NCBI GenBank assembly: GCA_030683105.1
Contig: JAUXMZ010000037.1
Span: 767-64,766 of the forward strand
Source of the DNA: Burkholderiales bacterium
GTDB taxonomy: Bacteria; Pseudomonadota; Gammaproteobacteria; Burkholderiales; SG8-41
Reading direction: 5' to 3'
DNA: 64,000 bases
Below, one piece after another: positions 28,724 to 37,257 of the stretch. Under the pieces are notes generated by a model. It had not been told where the DNA came from. It saw nothing but the letters and a program-made list of their open reading frames with translations, and did not search any database. The first letter of the stretch is position 1, and every line of letters starts with the position of its first letter. Made by a program: the position numbers and the translations under genes.

Positions 28724-29700
28724 TTTACCTTACGTCCAACAAATAAAAATTCAGTTGCGTTAAGCACACCAGTTTCAACAAGAATGCGGTCCATTTCTCT
28801 CAAGAATTTCGCAACAAGAGTATTAGTTTCTTCATCAAAACGAAGCCCTCCGATAAACTCATGGAAAAAAGCATATCGCCACTCAAATCGTTCTTGCTGA
28901 AAAAAACTGCTTAACTGGGGATACATTTCAGCATATCCAGCTTCATTGTCATTGATGGACTGGACCTTTTCACCATTTTCGTTTTCATACCTGAGTGAGT
29001 TGTATATTTTATCTACCTCTGCCATGAGTTGATTTCTGTCGACAGATAGCTCTTGATGCTTATAAAAGTTGCTGTTGATGGATAGTAGCGTGCTTAATAA
29101 ATGCACAAACGCGGCATTACCCGGAGTAACCCTATCCCGCACAGGTTCATGGGCAATGATTAATCCATTTGGCCGAATGAGTTCTTTTGCTCTTTGCAGC
29201 GTAGCTGTCTGATTTGGAAAATGATGGAGCGCTCCTAAGAACACCACGACATCAAATGAATCATTTTGCAGTTTTGGTGAGGAGTATAAATCACCTGAAA
29301 TGTAGTCGAGTGTTCCTCGCTGATCAACCCATGGATCTTGTGCTGAAAATTTGGATGCAATCTCAACGCATCTTGCAGAGATATCCAAGCCAATCACATT
29401 GAATCCATTACGCGCAAGCTCCAAGCTCAAATATCCGGGCCCACAGCCGACCTCCAATATCCGTATTTCGCCCGGTTTCTTATCAAGGGAACCGATGATC
29501 GAATCGCGAATAACTTCAAATTGCTCACCAAAATCAAGTTTCACATACGCCGGACGGCGCCAGGGGTTGTTGTAGAAATAGTCGCATGGCTCAGCAAGCC
29601 TGATATCCGGAACGTGTCCGTTAGCAATACGTTCTTCAATTTGACTATCGAAAGCCTCTGCTTCTTGATGAAGGTCGTTGTCAATATTCTGGATCTTCAT
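28720..29700 (-). CDS. Class I SAM-dependent methyltransferase
   Basis: 326 aa. ILEVGCGPGYLSLELARNGFNVIGLDIS...VVFLGALHHFPN.... Confidence 0.75.
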   Translation of the reverse strand: MKIQNIDNDLHQEAEAFDSQIEERIANGHVPDIRLAEPCDYFYNNPWRRPAYVKLDFGEQFEVIRDSIIGSLDKKPGEIRILEVGCGPGYLSLELARNGFNVIGLDISARCVEIASKFSAQDPWVDQRGTLDYISGDLYSSPKLQNDSFDVVVFLGALHHFPNQTATLQRAKELIRPNGLIIAHEPVRDRVTPGNAAFVHLLSTLLSINSNFYKHQELSVDRNQLMAEVDKIYNSLRYENENGEKVQSINDNEAGYAEMYPQLSSFFQQERFEWRYAFFHEFIGGLRFDEETNTLVAKFLREMDRILVETGVLNATEFLFVGRKVN

Positions 29701-30341
29701 AATTTTTGTCCATCGGAACTTGAAATAATATTTTGTAACACACGCAACCCTGACGGACCGCTTTTTTCAGGGTGGAATTGGGTACCCCAGACATTACCAT
29801 TTTGCACAGCCGCAACGATGTCGTGCCCCAAGTAAGATACGGTTGCACTGAGATTCTCTGTTTTCACGCCAGTTGCGGCGTAGCTGTGCAAGAAATAGAA
29901 ACGCATTTCTTTGTCGGAAAACCCGTCAAACATAGTCTCACGGCCCTGCTCGGATGGACGAATCGTAGTCCAAGCGATATGAGGCAACCGTCCTTCGTTA
30001 GGAAGGATCGGAATGATACTTACTGTACCGGGGATCAAACCTAAGCCATCGGTTGAAAAAAACTCAGTCCCCTTCTCGAACAGCAACTGCATACCCAAAC
30101 AGATGCCAAGCACGGGGCGCCCAGATTCAATGTATTTGCGTATCACAGGAATAAGTCCTGACTCCACCAAATTTGCCATACCATGTGGGAATGCACCGAC
30201 TCCGGGGATGATTAGGCCATCAGCACGCAAGATGGTGGCTTCATCGTGCGAAACCTCCGCACTAGCCCCGATCGCCCGTAATGCGTTGCTCACGCTTCGA
30301 ACATTGCCAAGTCCATAATCAAGAACAACGATGTTCTTCAT
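29697..30341 (-). CDS. Glutamine amidotransferase, HisH paralogue (WbuY-like)
   Basis: 214 aa. MKNIVVLDYGLGNVRSVSNAL...LIIPGVGAF...GICLGMQLLF...GTQFHPEKS. Confidence 0.85.
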   Translation of the reverse strand: MKNIVVLDYGLGNVRSVSNALRAIGASAEVSHDEATILRADGLIIPGVGAFPHGMANLVESGLIPVIRKYIESGRPVLGICLGMQLLFEKGTEFFSTDGLGLIPGTVSIIPILPNEGRLPHIAWTTIRPSEQGRETMFDGFSDKEMRFYFLHSYAATGVKTENLSATVSYLGHDIVAAVQNGNVWGTQFHPEKSGPSGLRVLQNIISSSDGQKL

Positions 30342-31087
30342 TTCACCCTGCTCGCTCTTGCTACCTCTATACTTTTTCGCAAGGCATCAACGGAAGTCGT
30401 TTTGTAATGCAGCACGGAAGCGAAACATAGCCCGCTCGGCTCAGTAACTTCGAGAAGGTCAGCGATGTGTCTGGGCTGTCCATAGCCTCCGCTGACAATG
30501 ACTGGAATTGAAACGGCCTCGTTCACCGCACGCACAAGTGGTACATCGAAACCTGATTTTGTGCCTTCCTGATCTACTGAGGTGAGCAGCAGTTCACCTG
30601 CACCAAGTTCTTGTAACCGCCTGACCCAATCAAGCACCTGCAACCCGGTTTTCTCTCGCCCCGTTTCCATGTACGCCTCCCAGCCGCTTGCTGTTCGCTT
30701 GGCTTGCACAGAGGCAACTACGCACTGGCTCCCATATCGCTTGGCCACTTTTTCAATCAATTCTGGTTCCCGGATGGCGGCGGTATTGAGCGCAACTTTA
30801 TCGGCCCCCGCATCTAACGCTTGCTCAATATCGGCCAGATTGCGCAAACCACCTCCGATAGTAATCGGCACGAAGACCTCTTCTGATGCCTTTCGAATCA
30901 CCGAGAATAGATTATTTCGGTTATACAAACTGGCTACCGCATCGATGAAAACGATCTCATCAATGCCTGCTTCGTAATAAGCTCTGGCCAACCGGTTTGG
31001 GTCTCCAACCTTGCGCAACCCTTCCAAATGAATTCCCTTGATGACGAACTCGTTCTTGACATCAAGTCGCGCAATAACCCTCATCAC
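30338..31087 (-). CDS. Cyclase subunit, HisF paralogue (WbuZ-like)
   Basis: 249 aa. ...RVIARLDVKN...GADKVALNTAA...LLLTSVDQEGTKSGFD...IPVIVSGGYG.... Confidence 0.85.
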   Translation of the reverse strand: MMRVIARLDVKNEFVIKGIHLEGLRKVGDPNRLARAYYEAGIDEIVFIDAVASLYNRNNLFSVIRKASEEVFVPITIGGGLRNLADIEQALDAGADKVALNTAAIREPELIEKVAKRYGSQCVVASVQAKRTASGWEAYMETGREKTGLQVLDWVRRLQELGAGELLLTSVDQEGTKSGFDVPLVRAVNEAVSIPVIVSGGYGQPRHIADLLEVTEPSGLCFASVLHYKTTSVDALRKSIEVARASRVK

Positions 31088-32232
31088 ACTACCTGATCCA
31101 CAAAGCTTTTCTGGGTTTCTATTTCCCAGAACTTCGGATTCTTAAGAATCTCATGGAAGCGCTCGTCGCTACCACCGTTCCCGAACAAGGCATGAGCCTG
31201 CCTAAGCATTGATCCGACATCTTCCAAGGCTTTTTTGATATGTGTTGGTTCAATTACTACGTTCAATACGCTATCGCACTTTACCCGATTGTTCTGCCGC
31301 GTTCCCAGGTTGATTGCCGGAACCCCAAAATGTGGGGCCTCTCGCACTCCAGCACTGGAATTACCCATGATGAAGCGGGCATTCTTCAGAAGAGTTAGAA
31401 AATACTCAAACCGCATAGAGGGGTATATCCGTATTTGTTTCAACCCTCTTAAGCGTTGGTACTCTCCAAGAATGATGTCGGTTCCAAAGTCATTGTTTGG
31501 GTAAATCACAACGTAGTTAAATCCAGACTCAATCACCCGATCAACTACTGTTCTGATCTGATGCTGCAAATTATCCGACTCTGTAGTCACGGGATGAAAC
31601 ATCAATATTCCGTATTCAGAAAAATCTAAACCGTAATACCTTTTCACCTCCTCGATCGTCGGTAAGGTTTCAGAATTCATCACATCAACGTCCGGTGAGC
31701 CAATGACGTGTATCGTCTCGCTGCGCTCGCCAAGCTGATTCAGCCTAATCTTTGCTGTCTCATTTGCAACGAAGTGAATGTGTGATAGTTTTGAAACCGC
31801 GTGGCGAATAAGCTCATCCACTGTTCCAGAAACCTCCCCCCCCTCGATATGCCCCACTAAAATATTGTTCAATGCCCCCACCGCTGCCCCTGCAAGTGCC
31901 TCGACTCGGTCTCCATGAACGATTATCAAGTCAGGCTTGATTTCCTTAACATAATCCGAAAGTCCAGATATGGTCTTCGACAATATGTGATCCATGCTGT
32001 CACTGGCATTCTGATTGATAAACTTATGTATGTTCCGGTAATAAGCTTTCTCAACCTCTTCGCAGGTGTAGCCATACTTGGATAGCATATGCATTCCTGT
32101 AACAAAGACGTGCAATTCAAAATCCACATCATTGCGAAGACGATTCATCAGCGATTTCAACTTACCGAAATCTGCGCGCGTCCCTGTCAAAAATACCACT
32201 TTCCGAATTTTTTGTACTGAAGACATGATCAA
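31084..32232 (-). CDS. neuC: UDP-N-acetylglucosamine 2-epimerase (hydrolysing), NeuC-type
   Basis: 382 aa. ...KVVFLTGTRADFGKL...IIVHGDRVEALAGA...GHIEGGEVSGT...GNSSAGVREAP.... Confidence 0.85.
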   Translation of the reverse strand: MIMSSVQKIRKVVFLTGTRADFGKLKSLMNRLRNDVDFELHVFVTGMHMLSKYGYTCEEVEKAYYRNIHKFINQNASDSMDHILSKTISGLSDYVKEIKPDLIIVHGDRVEALAGAAVGALNNILVGHIEGGEVSGTVDELIRHAVSKLSHIHFVANETAKIRLNQLGERSETIHVIGSPDVDVMNSETLPTIEEVKRYYGLDFSEYGILMFHPVTTESDNLQHQIRTVVDRVIESGFNYVVIYPNNDFGTDIILGEYQRLRGLKQIRIYPSMRFEYFLTLLKNARFIMGNSSAGVREAPHFGVPAINLGTRQNNRVKCDSVLNVVIEPTHIKKALEDVGSMLRQAHALFGNGGSDERFHEILKNPKFWEIETQKSFVDQVV

Positions 32233-33272
32233 GCCAAGATGATATCGGTTCTTTTTATTTGAAATCCACGACGGATGGGAGCCGTAGCGACTTTTCCAAG
32301 AAGCGATTCATAGTCCATCACCGTAAAATCGCCGCCACCAGGACGCTTAACCCAGATATTTTCTTCACTCAGTTTTTGTCCCGGGGCGATATCTTGTATA
32401 GCCACGACAGATGCAAATGCAAATGCAATCGTTGAAGCCTCCGCATCAACGGGCCCCTTCTCCCCCCCTCTAGCAGCGAAGATGATGTTAGAACCCTCAA
32501 TTAATTCCTTCAAAGCGACAGTATCCATAGAGCAAATAATATCTGGCCCATGACGATCCATCCGGTCCGTAAAGTGTCGCTCAAGAATCGAAGCGCCAAG
32601 TGCCACAGCACCCAAACAAGGATAATTCGACGTCGTGTGGTCTGATAGACCGACTACCGCATCAGGAAAGGCTTCTTTCAACTGTGTGATTGCACCAAGT
32701 CGAACAAGGTTAGGCGGTGTAGGATACACATTGGTACAGTGTAGTAGCGCAAATGGCACTTTGGCCTTTCGCAAAATTTCCACCGAAGGACGTACCGACT
32801 CAATCGAATTCATTCCCGTGCTGATAATGACAGGTTTGCCGGAACGAGCAATGTGTTTGATCAACGGATAGTTGTTGCACTCACCAGAGCCAACCTTAAA
32901 AGCCGGAATATCGAATTCGACCAGACGATCCACTGCTGCACGCGAAAATGGGGTGCTAATAAAAATTACCCCGCGCTGCTGAACGTGGTTCATCAGCGAT
33001 CTTTCTTCCTCCTCCGAAAGCGCACAACGGTCCATTATTTCATAGATAGAAACATCCGCATTACCTGGAATTACCGACTTGGCCTCGTCGGACATCTCAT
33101 CCTCGACGATGTGCGTCTGATGTTTGATTATCTCTGCACCAGCATCGATAGCAGCATCAACCATGGCAATAGCCGTTTCAAGCGAACCTTCATGGTTAAT
33201 ACCGATTTCAGCAACAACAACTGGGGGATGGCCATCACCGATCAAGCGATGAGCAATTTTAAATTCAGCCAT
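32229..33272 (-). CDS. neuB: N-acetylneuraminate (nonulosonate) synthase
   Basis: 347 aa. ...PVVVAEIGINHEGSL...AGAEIIKHQTH...STPFS...FKVGSGECNNYPL...LHCTNVYPTP..., with a C-terminal SAF-like end. Confidence 0.9.
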   Translation of the reverse strand: MAEFKIAHRLIGDGHPPVVVAEIGINHEGSLETAIAMVDAAIDAGAEIIKHQTHIVEDEMSDEAKSVIPGNADVSIYEIMDRCALSEEEERSLMNHVQQRGVIFISTPFSRAAVDRLVEFDIPAFKVGSGECNNYPLIKHIARSGKPVIISTGMNSIESVRPSVEILRKAKVPFALLHCTNVYPTPPNLVRLGAITQLKEAFPDAVVGLSDHTTSNYPCLGAVALGASILERHFTDRMDRHGPDIICSMDTVALKELIEGSNIIFAARGGEKGPVDAEASTIAFAFASVVAIQDIAPGQKLSEENIWVKRPGGGDFTVMDYESLLGKVATAPIRRGFQIKRTDIILA

Positions 33273-33972
33273 TACTTGTCTCCAGAATATTTTTCAAGCG
33301 GTGGATGTCTTCTTCAGTATCGACATCAACACTATCCTTTTCGCTCATTATAAAAGGCAGACTTCCGTTCGACGGAAACCCTCCACGCTCAATGAAGTCC
33401 GATACCCGAAACACATAAATCGCACCATTCGGAATGTACACACTAGGTAAATCTTGACGCTGCGCGTTCGACAATTTCTCATCGAACAAGGATTGAAGGC
33501 GCCTATTGGAATCTAATACGAAAGATTTGAAAGGAGATGCCTTTAGCTCTGTCACGCTTACAAGCGTATGCGCTTTCTGAGCAACCATCATCTCTAGCGC
33601 TTCATCAATGTGACTGGCAGTTCGTAATGGCGAAGTAGGCTGTAAATACACAATATAGGGGTCCTGCTTGCGTAGCTGCCTTGGAATCACAGTCAAGAAG
33701 TGGTTTACAACCTCTACTGCAGAGGCTGTGTCGGAAGCATATTCCGCTGGACGTACAACTGTATTGGCACCTAATGCACGCCCACAGCCTAGTATTTCGT
33801 CATCATCCGAAGAGACATGAACACTATCGATGTAATGAGATTTACTAGCAGCCATTAAAGTGAACTCAATGAGCGGGCGCCCTGCTACAACACGAAGATT
33901 TTTTCTTTTAACTCCCCTTGAACCTCCTCGCGCTGGAATAAGCGCAACAACCGTCCTTCCACAAATTGGCAT
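33265..33972 (-). CDS. neuA: Acylneuraminate cytidylyltransferase (CMP-nonulosonate synthetase)
   Basis: 235 aa. VVALIPARGGSRGVKRKNLRVVAGRPLIEFT...LQPTSPLR.... Confidence 0.85.
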   Translation of the reverse strand: MPICGRTVVALIPARGGSRGVKRKNLRVVAGRPLIEFTLMAASKSHYIDSVHVSSDDDEILGCGRALGANTVVRPAEYASDTASAVEVVNHFLTVIPRQLRKQDPYIVYLQPTSPLRTASHIDEALEMMVAQKAHTLVSVTELKASPFKSFVLDSNRRLQSLFDEKLSNAQRQDLPSVYIPNGAIYVFRVSDFIERGGFPSNGSLPFIMSEKDSVDVDTEEDIHRLKNILETSNG

Positions 33973-34029
33973 TATTTAACTCCTACAGAATCAATGGCAT
34001 ACAATGTTATTTCCGTCCCCAATCCCGTA

Positions 34030-34440
34030 TTACTCGAACCCCAGTGCATTGATGTCGGCAGGCTCAAACGGATTGCGTCCGTCGAAGATCACCGGGTTCT
34101 TCAGGCGTGAATTGATGACACTGAAGCCTGAGCTCTTGAAGGCTTTCCACTTAGTCACGATGATGAGTGCATCGGCGTTGTTAAGAACATCCCGCGGGGT
34201 TGCAACGAAATTAAGTTGGCGTTCTCCCTCAATGTCGGCAGTGAAGCGCAGCCGGCCGACGGCGACGTTCTTTTGCACCATGTGCTCAAGGCCGAGTTCG
34301 TAGAACGGAATATCGCTTTCCGGAAGGATACGGATCTTGTTGGCGCCGACGTCGAGACAGAGGACGTCGTTGTCGACCTCCGCGAGACAGGTGCCAGAGA
34401 CAAGGCTGACGTAGCCGGTGCCGTTGACGGTGATTTTCAA
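34030..34440 (-). pseudogene. ugd: UDP-glucose/GDP-mannose dehydrogenase gene with a large internal deletion
   Basis: The 136-aa ORF joins an N-terminal Rossmann part (MKITVNGTGYVSLVSGTCLAEVDNDVLCLDV...GRLRFTADI) directly to a C-terminal tail (...ALIIVTKWKAF...IFDGRNPF...). About 300 aa of a normal enzyme are missing, and the GxGxxG motif is degraded (NGTGYVS). Confidence 0.75.
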
Positions 34441-34482
34441 TGCTTATTGGGTGCTTGAAAGTCGGCGCTGGCGAGACGGCAC

Positions 34483-34545
34483 TCACTCGTGGTAATCCAT
34501 GGCCTTCTAACCATGCTTCTTGAGGAGTTCGTCGCGTTAGACGGA
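34483..34545 (-). pseudogene. Decayed duplicate of the gmd 3' end
   Basis: TCACTCGTGGTAATCCATGGCCTTCTAACCATGCTTCTTGAGGAGTTCGTCGCG aligns with 35160-35222 (TCATTCGTGATAATCCATGGCCTTGTAGCCATGGTGCTTGACGAGTTCGTCGCG). It translates as RDELLKKHG*KAMDYHE* against gmd's [17 protein letters not shown]. Confidence 0.8.
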
Positions 34546-35163
34546 CATCTTTGGCGAAGCGATGATGCCGCGGACCTGGATGCATGCCATCACAGTTGCC
34601 ACGCTCTCTTCCACCGACATGCTGACACTGTTGATGACGATTTCCGCGTTGTCCGGTTCTTCATAGGGCGAACTGATGCCGGTGAATTCCTTAATTTCGC
34701 CTGTACGTGCTTTGCTGTAGAGACCTTTAACGTCTCGCGCTTCGCACACTTCGATGGGGCAGCGGCAGTAGATTTCCACAAAGTCGGCGCCGACGAGACG
34801 ACGAACACGATCGCGGTCGGCGCGAAGGGGGGAGATAAATGCGCTGAGGACAATGATACCTGCATCTGCGAGGAGCTTGGTCATTTCCCCAATACGGCGG
34901 ATGTTTTCATGGCGATCCTCGATGGAAAAACCCAAGTCGCCGCACAGGCCATGGCGGACATTGTCGCCATCGAGAACGTAGGTGTGGCAGCCAAGTTGGT
35001 GCAGATGCTCTTCGACAGCGTGAGCGATAGTCGATTTTCCGGCGCCGGAAAGGCCGGTAAACCAGACTACGGCACCCTTGTGGCCGCTCAACTGCTCGCG
35101 ACGAGCGCGGGTCACGGTGGCGTGATGCCAGACAGTGTGAAAACTCCGGGGGCTATGGGTCAT
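34537..35163 (-). CDS. cysC: Adenylyl-sulfate (APS) kinase
   Basis: ORF 34537..35283 trimmed to the ATG at 35163, which overlaps the gmd stop (ATGA). It has the P-loop GLSGAGKST and ...[12 protein letters not shown]...ENIRRIGE...FISP.... Confidence 0.85.
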   Translation of the reverse strand: MTHSPRSFHTVWHHATVTRARREQLSGHKGAVVWFTGLSGAGKSTIAHAVEEHLHQLGCHTYVLDGDNVRHGLCGDLGFSIEDRHENIRRIGEMTKLLADAGIIVLSAFISPLRADRDRVRRLVGADFVEIYCRCPIEVCEARDVKGLYSKARTGEIKEFTGISSPYEEPDNAEIVINSVSMSVEESVATVMACIQVRGIIASPKMSV

Positions 35164-36296
35164 TCGTGATAATCCATGGCCTTGTAGCCATGGTGCTTGA
35201 CGAGTTCGTCGCGCTCGGCGGATTTGAGGTCTTCGCGGACCATTTCGGCGACGAGTTCGTCGAAGGTGGTCTTGGGCGTCCAACCTAACTTCTCGCGTGC
35301 TTTGGAAGCGTCACCCAATAGCGTCTCTACCTCTGTTGGCCTGTAATAGCGGGGATCAACGCGAACGATTATATTTCCGGTGATTGGTGATTCGTGATTA
35401 GTGATTGGTAAAGACTTGGCACTGAGTGCCGAGTCAAGAATGCCGATCTCGTTTACGCCCTCGCCTTCCCAGCGGATTTTCATGCCGAGTTCTTTCGCGG
35501 CGGCGTTGACGAAGTCGCGCACGCTGTATTGCACGCCGGTGGCGATGACGAAGTCTTCGGGTTTGTCCTGTTGCAACATTAGCCACTGCACCTCGACGTA
35601 GTCGCGGGCGTGGCCCCAGTCCCGTAACGAATTCATGTTGCCGAGGTAGAGGCAGTCTTGCAGGCCAAGTTTGATTCGGGCGAGTGCTCTGGTGATTTTG
35701 CGGGTGACGAAGGTTTCGCCGCGGACGGGGGACTCGTGGTTGAAGAGGATGCCGTTGCAGGCGTAGATGCCGTAGGCCTCGCGGTAGTTGACGGTGATCC
35801 AGTAGGCGTAAAGCTTGGCGACGGCATAGGGGCTGCGCGGGTAGAAAGGAGTGGTTTCCTTCTGGGGAGTCTCCTGAACGAGGCCGTAGAGTTCGGAGGT
35901 GCTGGCCTGGTAGAAGCGGGTTTTCTTTTCGAGGCCGAGGATGCGGATGGCTTCGAGCAGGCGCAGGGTGCCCATGCCGTCCACATCAGCGGTGTATTCG
36001 GGGGACTCAAAGCTGACCGCCACGTGAGACTGGGCGCCCAGGTTGTAAATTTCATCAGGCTGCGTTTCTTGCACGATGCGCACGAGGTTGCTGGTGTCGG
36101 TGAGGTCACCGTAATGCAGCTTGAAGCGCGCGTTCTGGATATGCGGGTCTTGGTAGATATGGTCTACCCGCTGAGTGTTAAACGAGCTGGCGCGCCGCTT
36201 GATGCCGTGGACGACGTACCCTTTGCCCAGCAAAAATTCGGCAAGATAGGCACCGTCCTGGCCGGTAATTCCTGTAATGAGCGCAACCTTTTGCAT
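35160..36296 (-). CDS. gmd: GDP-mannose 4,6-dehydratase
   Basis: 378 aa. [23 protein letters not shown]...YNLGAQSHV...ASTSELYG...[10 protein letters not shown].... It contains a heptamer-repeat-encoded loop (see 35379..35409). Confidence 0.9.
   Translation of the reverse strand: MQKVALITGITGQDGAYLAEFLLGKGYVVHGIKRRASSFNTQRVDHIYQDPHIQNARFKLHYGDLTDTSNLVRIVQETQPDEIYNLGAQSHVAVSFESPEYTADVDGMGTLRLLEAIRILGLEKKTRFYQASTSELYGLVQETPQKETTPFYPRSPYAVAKLYAYWITVNYREAYGIYACNGILFNHESPVRGETFVTRKITRALARIKLGLQDCLYLGNMNSLRDWGHARDYVEVQWLMLQQDKPEDFVIATGVQYSVRDFVNAAAKELGMKIRWEGEGVNEIGILDSALSAKSLPITNHESPITGNIIVRVDPRYYRPTEVETLLGDASKAREKLGWTPKTTFDELVAEMVREDLKSAERDELVKHHGYKAMDYHE
35379..35409. repeat. Heptamer tract inside the gmd coding sequence
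   Basis: GGTGATT GGTGATT CGTGATT AGTGATT GGT on the plus strand. On the coding strand it is translated as ...[12 protein letters not shown].... Confidence 0.9.
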
Positions 36297-36321
36297 GCGT
36301 GGATCCTTTACTTTTTTTTGA

Positions 36322-37257
36322 TCAGTTCAAAGTTGAAAGGTAGCTAGCATAAGCTTTAGCAATACCTTCTTTGAGTTGCGTTTTAGCTTTCCAGCCCAGG
36401 TTCGTCATCCTCGAAACATCCAGCAACTTTTGTGGAGTGCCATCAGGCTTGGTGCTATCAAACACGATTTTCCCCTTGAATCCGACGACATCCATAATAA
36501 TTTCAGCTAATTCCCGGATGGGAACGTCGGTTCCGATGCCAATGTTGTAGATGCCGTCGCCAATTCCTTGTTCCATCAGGAAAATGCAGGCATCCGCCAT
36601 ATCGTCGACGTAAAGGAACTCACGCCTCGGTGTACCGGTACCCCAGATAACGAGTTCACTTTTACCATTCTGTTTTGCCTCCAACGTCTTTCGAATGAGC
36701 GCGGGCAGCACATGACTATTCGCAAGATCGTAGTTGTCGTTGGGGCCGTAAAGATTATTAGGCATAACAGTAACGTATCGAGTACTGTATTGGTGGTTGC
36801 AGCTCTCGCAAGCTTTTAGCCCAGCGATCTTGGCGATAGCATAGGGTTCATTTGTCGGCTCCAGTGGGCTGGTAAGGAGGTATTCCTCTTTGATCGGCTG
36901 GGGACAGTCGCGCGGGTAAATGCAGCTCGAACCGAGAAAACAGAGATCCTTTACACCTGCTTTGAGAGCACCGAGGATAAGATTATTCTGGATGGTGAGG
37001 TTCTCTAAGATGAAGTCAGCGCGGTAGGTGTTATTGGCAAGGATGCCCCCCACTTTGGCAGCGGCGATGAAGATGTAATCGGGTTTTTCCAACTGAAGGA
37101 AATCAAAGGCGGCTCGCTGATCAAGGAGATCGAGTTCCTTCCTGGTTCGGGTAATTAAGCGAGTGTAATCGCCTTGCTGAAGTCGGCGCACCAGAGCGGA
37201 ACCGACCATGCCGCGATGGCCGGCGACGTAAATTTTAGCGTTCTTGCCAATGGTCAT
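36322..37257 (-). CDS. fcl: GDP-L-fucose synthase (GDP-4-keto-6-deoxymannose epimerase/reductase)
   Basis: 311 aa. ...[19 protein letters not shown]...AAKVGGI...GSSCIYP...YAIAKIAG.... Confidence 0.9.
   Translation of the reverse strand: MTIGKNAKIYVAGHRGMVGSALVRRLQQGDYTRLITRTRKELDLLDQRAAFDFLQLEKPDYIFIAAAKVGGILANNTYRADFILENLTIQNNLILGALKAGVKDLCFLGSSCIYPRDCPQPIKEEYLLTSPLEPTNEPYAIAKIAGLKACESCNHQYSTRYVTVMPNNLYGPNDNYDLANSHVLPALIRKTLEAKQNGKSELVIWGTGTPRREFLYVDDMADACIFLMEQGIGDGIYNIGIGTDVPIRELAEIIMDVVGFKGKIVFDSTKPDGTPQKLLDVSRMTNLGWKAKTQLKEGIAKAYASYLSTLN

Noticed and set aside
34489-35169. 226-aa plus-strand ORF opposite cysC
   Set aside because: The minus-strand frame carries the APS-kinase P-loop and all conserved blocks. 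The plus-strand ORF has no motifs.
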